Assembly: GCA_965140585.1 (NCBI GenBank)
Contig: OZ223267.1
Coordinates: 64,001-128,000, forward strand
DNA length: 64,000 nucleotides
Direction of reading: 5' to 3'
DNA from: Spirochaetia bacterium
Lineage (GTDB): Bacteria; Spirochaetota; Spirochaetia; UBA9216
The notes under the pieces were generated by a model. It had not been told where the DNA came from and did no database searches. It saw only the letters and a list, made by a program, of their open reading frames with translations. Position numbers and translations under genes: made by a program. Below are positions 10,244 through 20,503 of the stretch, one piece after another; the first letter of the stretch is position 1; the number at the start of each line of letters is the position of its first letter.

Positions 10244-11104
10244 CTACATTCTGCAGATGATGAGAATACGGCCCTCTTTGATGAGCCTGCTGTTAAGTCC
10301 GCTGTAAAGAATTTTCCGGGCAGATTCATCCCTGATAATCAGGTCGGTATGGTTGTTTCCGAATATCTGAACAGCTGTAGTCCGGTAGGGATACTGTCCT
10401 ATTCTGTTTTCAAAATCAGATTCATCTGTTGTTTCCGAATACATCACGAATCCCCACCTTTTAAGGTATTCGGGATCAGCCATATCTGCGGAAGCAACAA
10501 TTTCCATATCCTGATTGTAAATAACCGGAAAGAGCGCCGGCTGGAGTTCACCCTTCGTTTCCCCTTCGCCGTAGAAGGGCAGGGTATCATAGGCGTAAAT
10601 GATGATTCCGGAAAAAGCTGCGGTTGGTTCATAGTTGAGTTCCACCGGTGCGGGGGTTCTTTTTCCCTGTATATCCAGAAGAAGCGGAATTATATCCTTG
10701 TAGATGTTGTATTCATATACGTTTTTTATAGTACTTAGATCCATGCTCATGTTGCTTGAGATTCTGGTCATTGAAAAATTAAGTTCTTCGAAACTGCTGA
10801 GTCTGTCATGATCCATTTGAAGCCATCCGCCGACACTGTAAAGTGAATCAAGGTACATGCCGTGAAGTGCATCTGTAGCAATTCCGGAAAGCTTGCGATC
10901 GATGATTTCAGAAATTCTGAATCTTTCTGATGTTATATTGCCAGATTTTCCGGTTATTGGTGCTTCAGCGGTAATTCTGATGATGCCGGTAGTCCAGCTT
11001 ATATCAATATCACTGGTAATTTGATCCTGACCGGATGCTGAAAAAGCAGCTGAAAAAAATAAAATGCAGAGTAAAATATATCTGAAAGTTCGTGACTGTA
11101 TCAC
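10244..11104 (-). CDS. exported hypothetical protein
   Basis: 286-aa ORF with signal peptide (FFSAAFSA); start overlaps the stop of the upstream transglycosylase. Confidence 0.75.
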   Translation of the reverse strand: MIQSRTFRYILLCILFFSAAFSASGQDQITSDIDISWTTGIIRITAEAPITGKSGNITSERFRISEIIDRKLSGIATDALHGMYLDSLYSVGGWLQMDHDRLSSFEELNFSMTRISSNMSMDLSTIKNVYEYNIYKDIIPLLLDIQGKRTPAPVELNYEPTAAFSGIIIYAYDTLPFYGEGETKGELQPALFPVIYNQDMEIVASADMADPEYLKRWGFVMYSETTDESDFENRIGQYPYRTTAVQIFGNNHTDLIIRDESARKILYSGLNSRLIKEGRILIICRM

Positions 11105-12338
11105 TGCTGGTTTCCTCCAGGTACCTGAATGACAGTACCGGCTTTAATGATTCCGTCAGCGGGAATACCGTTGTTTGCAGCAAGCGTTTCAGCGCTGGTA
11201 TCGTGTTTCATTGCTATACTCCACAGTGTATCTCCTGAGATAACCGTGTATGGAACGGTTTGAGCCCAGGATTCAGTTTCCCTGCTTTCTATCCGGTAGG
11301 GGCCTGTGTCGTTTATCACCGGAATGATTATGTTCTGACCGCTTCTGAGCGTCTGCGGATTAGCACCCGGATTATAACTCTGAATCATGGACACAGGTAT
11401 CCCGAAATGTTTTGAAAGCGCATAGAATGTGTCACCGCTCTGAATTACATGAATGTAGAAACGAAGCAGCTTTTCATCATCATTTTCAAGCACATTGATT
11501 ATATTATCGGTGAATTCATACGGAACCTTCAGATAATACCCCGATCCTGCAGGCGGTGTGATACCGTAGCGCAGTTCCGCATTTCCCTGTTCAAGTACGG
11601 ATAGCGGCACCCCCGATTCTTTTGCGAGCATATCGAGGTCTACAGCCTGCTTAAGTTCTATTCTTTTCCAGTAGCCTGAAAGCGAAGCCTCATCTTTTTC
11701 TGTGTATAAGCCGTAACGGCCGCGATGTACCGCGATATGGATGAATGCCAGAAACTTCGGCACATAATTCCTTGTCTCTTTGGGAATAAGACCCTGCTCA
11801 TAAAGTTCGATATAATCAGTACTGCCGGAAGCTTCAACAGCACGCTGAACCCTTCCCAGTCCGCAGTTGTATGCGGCTACGGCCAGAAACCAGTTGTCTA
11901 GTTTGCTGTAATTGTACTGAAGCTTGGACAAGGCCGCCTCGGTGGACTTCCAGAAATCACGGCGGTCGTCCTGCCATTCATTGACCTCTATATCATAGGG
12001 CGAAATGCTGTTCATCATAAACTGCCATAGGCCCGAAGCGCCGGATCGTGAAACAGCCCAGGGTTTGTAGCCTGATTCGATTGCCGGCAGATACATAATT
12101 TCGGGCGGCATCCCCCTTTCAAGTAGAAGATCATAAATAAAGCCGGCATAGGGTTCTGATCTTTTAAGAATGCTTGCTACGGTTTTGCGTCCGTGTTCAG
12201 TGAGGTATTCGCTTATATAATAATCAATAAGTGGATCATCCGGCGGAGTGATGGAATAAATAGCCGGTCCTCCGATATCGGACGAAAATACCGGAAAGGC
12301 GAGTATACTCAAAATTATAAAAAAAAAACTTTATTCAT
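11101..12338 (-). CDS. MltD-like lytic transglycosylase with LysM domains (5' end frameshifted at a T10 tract as given)
   Basis: SLT motifs AIESGY, GLWQFM, AAYNCG and ETRNYVPKF; two C-terminal LysMs (IQSGDTFYALS, VISGDTLWSIA). Natural ATG at 12338 overlaps the upstream stop but is out of frame by 1 nt; the ORF track starts at TTG 12312. Confidence 0.88.
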
Positions 12339-13470
12339 CCCTGTTTCCGGAGAAGGGCTTTTCACCAAGATAGATTCCGGCCCATTCCCATTTTCCGTTT
12401 ATTTCAGGATCGGCAGGAAATGATATTTTCCTGAAGTATAAATACCATGTAGGTATACGGAATGACCATCCCCATGTTTCTAAATAGGCTTCCTGAAGGT
12501 TTGAGTCCGAGTTCAGCTCAGAGGCGCATCGTAATCTGGAAGTCATGAAAATGCCTATATCCGAATAAAATCCTTCAATATCATCAATTGTATTTTCTTT
12601 GCTGTCCTCTTCCCAGGCCTGCGTAAAGAAGTTGACCTTTGCCATGTATCTGTTAAGCCTTGAAGGGTTTCTTCCCCATATTGCCCACTGAACATACTTT
12701 GTAAGATCTTCCAGGCTGTCCATAATCCAGCCCTTGTCCCGGTAATCATAGAAGGCAATCATATCGGCTATTTCGGTATGAGCCTGGGGTTCTCCGGGGA
12801 TTTTACTGTCCGGATAAAGCAGGAAGTTGCGGTATGCCTGTACCGCAAGAGCCCATTCTCCAAGTTCCTCATATGTTTTGCCCATGTAGTAGTAAACCGG
12901 CCCCTTATCGATAAGTTCCAGATCCGGGTAAAGTTCATCAGGCTCGCTGAATCTTGCAATCAGCTCCTTGTAGTAGTTTACCCTGACTGCAGGTTCTTCT
13001 ATCATCTGAATGAGGTTCTTGAGACATATATAATGAACTGATCTACCCTGAACCAGAAGGTCGGGATAGTTTTTAAGAATTCGTTCGTAGTAATGAGTAG
13101 CAAAGGGGTAAGCCCCGTTGTTGTAATAGTTTTCAGCTACTATAAGCAGGTAGTAGGCATTGAAAGGATTATCGGGATGATTTTCCACGTATGCGGTGAG
13201 AAAAAGGTTCAGCTTTTCGGCCTGATCAGCCTGATGCAGAAGTTTTATAATCTGCTGAATAAGAGCAAGAGCACTCTCGTATTCGCCCTCGTTTTCCTTC
13301 ACACCCTCAAAGAGGATTCTAAGCTGCTTTTTTTCTTCGGAAGATCCGGCAATGTAGTAGTTTACCGGATCAAAGAATCTTGAATATACCCAGTCTTTCG
13401 GGTTTCTGCAGCCTGTTAATGAGAACAGAATCAGTATTGCCGCGATTGAAGTAAATATTATCCTGCGCAT
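12331..13470 (-). CDS. TPR-containing lipoprotein
   Basis: Start moved to MRRIIFTSIAAILILFSLTGC (lipobox); TPR-like helices AYYLLIVAENYY and YYYMGKTYEELGEWALAVQAYRNFL. Confidence 0.8.
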   Translation of the reverse strand: MRRIIFTSIAAILILFSLTGCRNPKDWVYSRFFDPVNYYIAGSSEEKKQLRILFEGVKENEGEYESALALIQQIIKLLHQADQAEKLNLFLTAYVENHPDNPFNAYYLLIVAENYYNNGAYPFATHYYERILKNYPDLLVQGRSVHYICLKNLIQMIEEPAVRVNYYKELIARFSEPDELYPDLELIDKGPVYYYMGKTYEELGEWALAVQAYRNFLLYPDSKIPGEPQAHTEIADMIAFYDYRDKGWIMDSLEDLTKYVQWAIWGRNPSRLNRYMAKVNFFTQAWEEDSKENTIDDIEGFYSDIGIFMTSRLRCASELNSDSNLQEAYLETWGWSFRIPTWYLYFRKISFPADPEINGKWEWAGIYLGEKPFSGNRDE

Positions 13471-13567
13471 ATCAGATTGAGATTCTATCACAATCACATG
13501 CTTATTGAAAGGGGCCATGTGATCTGATAAAATCAGGTTTAACGTACCACAGAGGAGTATTTCAATT

Positions 13568-14776
13568 ATGGAACAGAAAATATCCATGAAAGACGGGAGA
13601 CTTCAGGTTCCCGATTCCCCGGTAATCCCCTACATCGAGGGTGACGGGATTGGGCCTGATATCTGGGCTGCAGCAGTAAAAGTTTTCGACGCAGCAGTTA
13701 AAACCGCCTATGGTGATAATAAAAAAATAGTATGGAAAGAAATTTTTGCCGGTCAGAAGGCTTTTGATTCTGTTGGAAGCTGGCTTCCGGAAGAGACTGA
13801 AGCAGCCTTCAAGGAATACCTTGTCGGTATAAAAGGACCTCTTACTACTCCGGTAGGCGGCGGAATCCGCAGTCTCAATGTTGCTTTAAGGCAGAGGCTT
13901 GATCTTTACGTATGTCAGAGACCTGTAAAGCATTATCCGGGTATCCCCGGCCCGGTAAAGAATCCGGATGCAATTGATATGGTTGTATTCAGGGAGAATA
14001 CCGAGGATGTATATGCAGGATATGAACTTAAGGCCGGTGATCCTAAGACTGCTGAACTGATTAAGGCTCTCAAGGATATCATGGGCTGGGAAATCAAGCC
14101 TGATTCAGGACTTGGAATTAAACCTATGAGTAAATCAGGTACTGATCGTCTTGTACGTGCTGCAATTGAATACGCAATCAAGCATGACCGTAAGTCTGTT
14201 ACCCTCGTTCATAAGGGCAACATAATGAAGTTTACTGAGGGTGCATTCAGGGAATGGGGATATGAACTTGCAAAGAAGGAATTCCCCGGAAAGGTAGTCA
14301 GCTGGGATGAATGCGGCGGAAATCCGCCGGAAGGCACCATTCTTATCAAAGATGTTATTGCGGATGCTTTTCTACAGCAGATTTTGACCAGACCTGCCGA
14401 ATATGATGTTGTAGCTACTATGAATTTAAACGGTGATTACATCTCTGATGCTCTTGCCGCTCAGGTAGGCGGAATCGGTATTGCACCGGGTGCAAATATC
14501 AACTACACCACCGGTGCAGCAATATTTGAAGCAACCCACGGTACTGCTCCCAAATACGCAGGCTTGAACAAGGTAAACCCCAGTTCAGTTATCCTTTCCG
14601 GAGCAATGATGCTGGAATACCTCGGCTGGACTGAGGCTGCGGATCTGATAGAGAAGGGAATCACAGCTGCAATTTCTAAGAAAATAGTAACATATGATTT
14701 TGCCAGACTGATGGACAATGCCACAGAGGTATCAACCTCCGACTTTGGGCAGGCTATCATCGACAACATGTGTTAG
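13568..14776 (+). CDS. icd: NADP-dependent isocitrate dehydrogenase (dimeric type)
   Basis: [49 protein letters not shown] and EATHGTAP motifs. Confidence 0.97.
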   Translation: MEQKISMKDGRLQVPDSPVIPYIEGDGIGPDIWAAAVKVFDAAVKTAYGDNKKIVWKEIFAGQKAFDSVGSWLPEETEAAFKEYLVGIKGPLTTPVGGGIRSLNVALRQRLDLYVCQRPVKHYPGIPGPVKNPDAIDMVVFRENTEDVYAGYELKAGDPKTAELIKALKDIMGWEIKPDSGLGIKPMSKSGTDRLVRAAIEYAIKHDRKSVTLVHKGNIMKFTEGAFREWGYELAKKEFPGKVVSWDECGGNPPEGTILIKDVIADAFLQQILTRPAEYDVVATMNLNGDYISDALAAQVGGIGIAPGANINYTTGAAIFEATHGTAPKYAGLNKVNPSSVILSGAMMLEYLGWTEAADLIEKGITAAISKKIVTYDFARLMDNATEVSTSDFGQAIIDNMC

Positions 14777-16488
14777 AAAGGGAAAGAACACTGTGTAGGG
14801 AACGGTCGTTAAGGACTCATTCCGTCAGAACAAAACTAATAGTCTCGATATTTGCTCTGTGCACAGTGCTTCCGTTCATATTGACATGCACATCACAGGC
14901 TGATGTTCATGAAAGCAGTGAATTAAGCGTACAAAGCGAAGAGCTTGATATACTCGAAACCTGCCGGCGTAATATCGGTATAGCCTCGCCGGATACACTT
15001 CGGGCCGCAATGCAGATGCTCTCAGAGAGTGAAGCAGGGCGGTCTGAGGCCGGCCGGGAGTATTACTATATCGCCGCACGGCTGATGGAACTGGTATATC
15101 CTATTGTTTCCTCAGAGCAGGCTTCTCCCGATGCGCCGGCAGGCAGTATTTACCCCGGTATTTTTGAATCGGTAAAAAACGGCAGGTACCCCGAAGTTCA
15201 GAATGATAAAATCTCTTTTTTCAGTGTTCTCATTTCTCCCGTAACTGTTCTGTTTTCCCAGGACAAAACCGTTGAAATCCTCAGTTCGGATAATCTGGAG
15301 CAGGCAATATCGATGAACTCAAGGTCTGTTCTTCCGGTTTTTCTTAGCGGCTATATTTCTGAACGCAACAACCTTTATGATGAGGCCATTCTGTCGTACA
15401 GCAGGGCTCTTGAAATGGACCCCAGCTGTTATCCTGCCGAGCTGGGAACCGCAAGGGTTTATATGGCTACCGGCAGGGAGGATCTCGCTGCAGATTTAAT
15501 GGATATGCTGACGGCACAGTATCCGTATTCAGCTGTTATTCTTAAAACCGCTGCTGAAACCAGGTTCGCTATCGGTGATTACACAGGAGCCCTTGATTTT
15601 TCATCAGATGTTCTCCGGCTGCTTCCGGATAATCCCGAGATTCTCCTTCTGCGCGCGGAAATTTTTCAGAAGCAGAAGAATACCCAGCAGGCTCTCCGCC
15701 TGATTGAGGTCCTTCAGCGTATGCGTTACACACCGGCTGAATTCTATACAGTTAAATCAGAAGTTGAAAAAACCCAGGGGGCTCTTCAGTCGGCGATAAA
15801 CACACTTCAGGAGGGGCTTAAAAAATACCCCGAAAGCAAGGAACTTAAAGCAGGTTACGGCACAGCACTGATTCTGGCCGGCCGAAAGGATGAGGCCAGG
15901 GAACTCCTCGGCGGGACGGATGAAACAACTGATACCGAGAGTCTGATTGTTCTCATCGATGATGCGGTTAAATCACGGGACTGGGATGCTGCCTTCGGAT
16001 ATGCCGAACAGCTTGAGACACAGAAGATGGATGTTCGCTCCGGCCGTGCTGCATGGAATGCCTGGTACCGCGGAGGGAATACCGAGAAAGCCCTGAACAT
16101 TTCCCAGCAGCTGTACAGCGAATACCCTGCTGATATAGATGCATCAATTATGTATATTCGCAGCCTCCTTTCTTTGAACAGAAGGCTGCAGGCAGAGCGT
16201 ATCCTTGAAACGGCGCTTCCGGCTGTTACTGATTCTGCACGAAAAAGTGAGCTTCTTTACCTGCAGAGTCTGACGCTTGATAATGAGGATGAAAAGCTGC
16301 AGTCCCTTCGTGCTGCACTTTTTGAGGACCTGCAGAATACTGATGCCCTTGTTGAGATAGCCGATCTCTATGTAGAGATGGGCGATGTCAGGAAGGGCTA
16401 CCGCTATATCAAGCAGGCTGCTGCAATTCTTCCGGATGATCCCGATATTGCCGCGGAGCTTCAGCGGATAGAGGGACTGCTTCAGTGA
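14770..16488 (+). CDS. TPR repeat protein, probable lipoprotein (start uncertain)
   Basis: Multiple TPR helical pairs ([26 protein letters not shown]); FILTC lipobox-like site. Confidence 0.8.
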   Translation: MLERERTLCRERSLRTHSVRTKLIVSIFALCTVLPFILTCTSQADVHESSELSVQSEELDILETCRRNIGIASPDTLRAAMQMLSESEAGRSEAGREYYYIAARLMELVYPIVSSEQASPDAPAGSIYPGIFESVKNGRYPEVQNDKISFFSVLISPVTVLFSQDKTVEILSSDNLEQAISMNSRSVLPVFLSGYISERNNLYDEAILSYSRALEMDPSCYPAELGTARVYMATGREDLAADLMDMLTAQYPYSAVILKTAAETRFAIGDYTGALDFSSDVLRLLPDNPEILLLRAEIFQKQKNTQQALRLIEVLQRMRYTPAEFYTVKSEVEKTQGALQSAINTLQEGLKKYPESKELKAGYGTALILAGRKDEARELLGGTDETTDTESLIVLIDDAVKSRDWDAAFGYAEQLETQKMDVRSGRAAWNAWYRGGNTEKALNISQQLYSEYPADIDASIMYIRSLLSLNRRLQAERILETALPAVTDSARKSELLYLQSLTLDNEDEKLQSLRAALFEDLQNTDALVEIADLYVEMGDVRKGYRYIKQAAAILPDDPDIAAELQRIEGLLQ

Positions 16489-16964
16489 GAAGACCCAGGC
16501 ATTTCCCTGATGTATCAGCAGTATTTTTTACTGCTATTTTATTTTTTACCGGAGCGGCGGCTTACTCTCAGTCTGCAGAAACATCCAACGAGTGGGTGGG
16601 GGTTCTTAAAATGCCTGAGGGCGAGGTTCTTTCACAGCTCGCAGACAACTTTCAAATCTTCAGCGGAAGTGAGCTCGGCAGCATTGCGGATCGGGTTGTT
16701 GTCTGCAATGACGGTACTTCCTACTGGTTTGATTCGGGAAAAACCATTCAGATTAGATTCAGTCCTGAGTTCACAGGAAGCTCCGGCGGACTGTATATCG
16801 GAATGCAGCGTCTTGAGGTTATATCCATACTCGGGAGACCCTGGAAAATACAGGATGAATCAATGTTTTACAATCTGCCCTGGGCAGGATTTCCGGTCCG
16901 GGCAAGGCTTGTTTTTGACGGCGATGCTTTAGCCCAACTTTACCTCTACAGGAGTGATTTTTAA
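16485..16964 (+). CDS. exported hypothetical protein
   Basis: Signal-peptide-like N-terminus; overlaps its neighbours in operon fashion; GLYIGMQRLEVISILGRP segment. Confidence 0.7.
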   Translation: MRRPRHFPDVSAVFFTAILFFTGAAAYSQSAETSNEWVGVLKMPEGEVLSQLADNFQIFSGSELGSIADRVVVCNDGTSYWFDSGKTIQIRFSPEFTGSSGGLYIGMQRLEVISILGRPWKIQDESMFYNLPWAGFPVRARLVFDGDALAQLYLYRSDF

Positions 16965-16965
16965 T

Positions 16966-18453
16966 ATGGCGCTTATTTGTCTGAACTGTGGTGAAAGCAC
17001 ACTGGCTTTGAACCTGAAAATAACTGAAAAATATAAATATGATATAGATCTTGCGGAAATAAACGCAGCTTGTCTCAATACAGAAGAACCGGATGAGCTT
17101 GAGCTGCTTTCTGCCGTAAAGGGATTAATTTTATCCTTCAGCGGCGGCTCTGTATCAGAGACTGTGCTTATAAAAGCACTGAATGATGATTCCCGTCTGA
17201 GCCGAAAGCTTTTTAAATACTGCATGTATATAAGTTTAGATATCGATATGCTGCCTAATTATTCAGATCTTCTTATCAGCCGTGCAGAGGCCTTCGGAGT
17301 TTCGGTTATAAAAACTGTTTATTCCGACGGACCGTATAGTGAGACCTTTACAGACAGAATCATTGCTCTGTCCGAAAACGGAAGGTTCGCTGTCAGGGCG
17401 GTTGTAAGCCCGAAGAATACTGAAGAACAGCTGCAGCTTTTCGAGGCGGCATCAAGGCTTTCAGCTCTGGAAAATGAAAAAGGTCATGCCCCTTCCTTTG
17501 TTTTTGAAGCTATCGGCGATTACGGTGTTGCAGTGAATCTTCTTTCCGGAAAGTTCGGCGGTCTGTTTATGAAGGCCTTCTGTGAGGACTGCATTTCAAG
17601 TTACTGGCAGTTCTCACCGGAGCAGCTGAATGATATTTACAGGTTTAAGAAGATATCTGAAACTACATCTGTTTACGGAATAATCGGAAACCCCGTAATG
17701 CACAGCAAATCACCCTTTCTTCATAACGGCGGATACGAGTATTCGGGTATGGATGCTGTATACATACCTTTTCAGACAGATGATCCCGGATTGTTTCTTG
17801 AAAAAGGTCCGGAGCTCTGCGGTGTCAGGGGCCTTTCGGTAACAGTACCCCATAAGCAGGCAGTTATCCCGGTTCTCAATGCCGCCGATGATTCGGTTGA
17901 GCGGATAGGAGCCTGCAATACGGTTGTTTACGATGAAAAGTCAGGCGGCTGGACTGGATATAATACCGACTGGCACGGCTTTCTTTATCCACTGAATGAT
18001 ATAGAACTGAAAGGAAAAACAGCTCTGGTCCTTGGAGCAGGCGGCGCTTCGAGATCTGTAGTATATGCTCTGACCCGAAGAGGGATGGATATTACGATAG
18101 TAAACCGCAGTGTGGACAAGGCCAGGAATATTGCTTCTGAATTCGGTGCCGGTTTTGATGAGATTAAAAATGCAGGGCAGTACTGTAATTCTTTTCTGGT
18201 AGTTCAAACCACGAGTGTAGGCATGAGTCCTGATGTTACTTCATCGCCGGTGGCTGAATATATTTTTGATTCCGCCGGAATAGCCTACGATATAATTTAT
18301 ATTCCAGAAAAGACTAAATTCCTTCAGATGGCTGAGGCCTCGGGGGTTCGTATCATGAATGGTTCGTCGATGCTTGCTTCACAGGGCCTTGAGCAGTTCA
18401 GACTTTTTACAGGAGTGAGTCTTCCTCCTTCTGTATTCGGTCTGCAGAATTAA
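16966..18453 (+). CDS. aroE: shikimate dehydrogenase fused to a degenerate type I dehydroquinase-like domain
   Basis: C-terminal half has GNPVMHSKSPFLHN, SVTVPHKQ, GACNT, NTDWHG and LGAGGAS motifs. The N-terminal ~230 aa has AroD-like size and position. Confidence 0.85.
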   Translation: MALICLNCGESTLALNLKITEKYKYDIDLAEINAACLNTEEPDELELLSAVKGLILSFSGGSVSETVLIKALNDDSRLSRKLFKYCMYISLDIDMLPNYSDLLISRAEAFGVSVIKTVYSDGPYSETFTDRIIALSENGRFAVRAVVSPKNTEEQLQLFEAASRLSALENEKGHAPSFVFEAIGDYGVAVNLLSGKFGGLFMKAFCEDCISSYWQFSPEQLNDIYRFKKISETTSVYGIIGNPVMHSKSPFLHNGGYEYSGMDAVYIPFQTDDPGLFLEKGPELCGVRGLSVTVPHKQAVIPVLNAADDSVERIGACNTVVYDEKSGGWTGYNTDWHGFLYPLNDIELKGKTALVLGAGGASRSVVYALTRRGMDITIVNRSVDKARNIASEFGAGFDEIKNAGQYCNSFLVVQTTSVGMSPDVTSSPVAEYIFDSAGIAYDIIYIPEKTKFLQMAEASGVRIMNGSSMLASQGLEQFRLFTGVSLPPSVFGLQN

Positions 18454-18454
18454 A

Positions 18455-20503
18455 TCAGGGAGTAAAGAGCGAGCTTTTCAGCATTTTAAGAAAACTGATC
18501 CGGTTTACCGGAATTTCTGTTTCTTTCTCTGAAGGCAGTTCAAGTCCTATGAGTATATTGACCACTGGTTTGGATATATCGGTCTGTTCCAGTTTTGCAA
18601 GTCTTAATGGTTTAATCAGCTTTTTTTCAATTTCAAAATCTTTCGGTGTTGAAACCTCGAGCAGGTTGTCAAGCTCAAGTGCCCGTTCTACAAGTCTCAG
18701 TTTCCCTCTGTGATCCATGGCCCCGGCTTCACCTTTTTCCTCGGGTCTTGTTGAAGTGGTAAGCTGTGATTGATCCAGAATAAGCTTTTTCTGAATGCGG
18801 GCTTCAAGATTCTGTTTCTGGGCTGGAGCCATTTTTCGGGCTGCCAGATTTTTCATCTGTTCTTCAATTACAGCCGCGGCATCCTCACTGTGTTCAGTTT
18901 TATAGGCTTTAAATCCGGAAGACTCTTTGAGCTTGCTGAATCCTGGGCTTGGTATTGTTTCAGTGTTCTTCCCCTGACTGTGTATTCTGACATCGGGCAG
19001 CATTTCAAATCCTGCATTTATAAAAGCCCGTCTCCATTCATTTTCTCTATCAGGGTCCAGTATGAAAACGCCCGGAGCCGGTACAGAAAGAAAAAATTCC
19101 TTCAGATTCGGTGAATGCTCGATAAGCGGAAGTCTTTCTTTAGCGACAGTCAGGACTACACCATAGTTGAGATCCATGCTTCTGTACTCTTTTTCCCATG
19201 TCGAAAGCGTAAATGAAAGGTTCTGAGGTAGAGGCCGTCCTGAATATTTTTCAAGATCAGCGATTAGCTCTTCAGATGTGAAGTCAGCATTTCTGAAAGT
19301 GGAAAAGCTCGTCTTCTCAAGAATATATGTGCTCACCAGATCATATCGAATCAGTCTCGAACATAAGGCTGCTGTAAGTTCAGCTTCCATTGTGATTCCC
19401 GGCGGAACTGAAATTTCAAAATTTGGTTCAACTCTGATTACCGTGTCTTTGTATAAAGGGGGGAATTCGTTTAGGCAGTATCTGCTGCCGCAATGACTTA
19501 TGAACCCGAAACTTATCAGCGATTTTACTGCGGAAGAGACCTTAACAGAAGGCAGCGGGTTTGCCCTCCCGTATATTTTACGGCAGCTGAACATGATACC
19601 TTCAAGGATATTTTTCTTATACTGCTGTCCGGGTTCAAGCATACTGAAAAAGGAAGAGTTTAGTTCCGCTGCTGCCGCAAGTTCGCCCTGCAGGGCCTCG
19701 GTGTCCTTTAGAGTGCCTGACCCGGGTGCATGGAAAACCGCCGCGGCAGAGAGAAAAAGCTGCTGTTTTTCAAGTGTCATCCGGGCAAAGTCTTTTACAG
19801 CAGTAATATTGAGTCTCTGGTACCCTGATTCTTCCTTTAAAAAGCCGAAGGTTTTAATTGTACTGTACAGGCTGATGATTAATTCTTCTGGCGAGAGTCC
19901 GCTTTGTTTAACTGCAGCATCAAAGGTATCTTCAAATTTTTCTACTATTTTTTTTCTTGCATTGCCGTCAAGGCGGCTGATAAGAGGGTTATCCGAAACA
20001 AAGGAAAGAAAAGCCGTGATGAGCCTGGTATTGAACCACCTTTGTTCCGTTTTAATATCGGGACCAGGCTCATTAGGGAATAAAAGAGATGTATCAAGCA
20101 CCCTCTCTTTAAGTTCTTTTTGGAACAGTATATTAAGGCTGAGTTTTCGGGAACTGTGCTGCTTTTGATCTCTGTAATCAACTTCTACAAGCAGCCGCTC
20201 CTGGAGATTTGCTACACGGTTGTGAAGTTCAATGAAGCTGTAGTTTTTACCGAAAAAACTGCTTAACTCATCTATTGAAACGGGAGACAGAAGTTCGACT
20301 GCGGTTAGAATCTTTCTGTCTTCATCATCAATCAGCTTAAAAAGATTTTTCCTGACCGAAGGTCTGTTAAGCATATTTTCAAGCGAACGGAGGAGATCAT
20401 GCTTATTGAAAGGAGTTTTCAAATCACCCAGATAATTCCGCATCAGTTCAAAGAAGATGGAATCGGGAAGGGTAAGCATGTTATTCTTCCATTCGTCAGT
20501 CAA
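18455..20503 (-). CDS. XPB partner protein (helicase-associated Helicase_C_3-like domain, possible C-terminal WYL-like domain)
   Basis: IRVEPNFEISV...YILEKTS...LEKYSGRPLPQNLSFTLSTW matches the XPB N-terminal domain pattern; coupled to the XPB gene. Confidence 0.75.
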   Translation of the reverse strand: MTDEWKNNMLTLPDSIFFELMRNYLGDLKTPFNKHDLLRSLENMLNRPSVRKNLFKLIDDEDRKILTAVELLSPVSIDELSSFFGKNYSFIELHNRVANLQERLLVEVDYRDQKQHSSRKLSLNILFQKELKERVLDTSLLFPNEPGPDIKTEQRWFNTRLITAFLSFVSDNPLISRLDGNARKKIVEKFEDTFDAAVKQSGLSPEELIISLYSTIKTFGFLKEESGYQRLNITAVKDFARMTLEKQQLFLSAAAVFHAPGSGTLKDTEALQGELAAAAELNSSFFSMLEPGQQYKKNILEGIMFSCRKIYGRANPLPSVKVSSAVKSLISFGFISHCGSRYCLNEFPPLYKDTVIRVEPNFEISVPPGITMEAELTAALCSRLIRYDLVSTYILEKTSFSTFRNADFTSEELIADLEKYSGRPLPQNLSFTLSTWEKEYRSMDLNYGVVLTVAKERLPLIEHSPNLKEFFLSVPAPGVFILDPDRENEWRRAFINAGFEMLPDVRIHSQGKNTETIPSPGFSKLKESSGFKAYKTEHSEDAAAVIEEQMKNLAARKMAPAQKQNLEARIQKKLILDQSQLTTSTRPEEKGEAGAMDHRGKLRLVERALELDNLLEVSTPKDFEIEKKLIKPLRLAKLEQTDISKPVVNILIGLELPSEKETEIPVNRISFLKMLKSSLFTP

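Noticed and set aside
19500-20168. 222-aa plus-strand ORF and the many other antisense ORFs (e.g. 10184-10738, 27144-27641, 41336-41794)
   Set aside because: They are shadows of well-supported genes on the opposite strand, with no recognisable motifs or SD.
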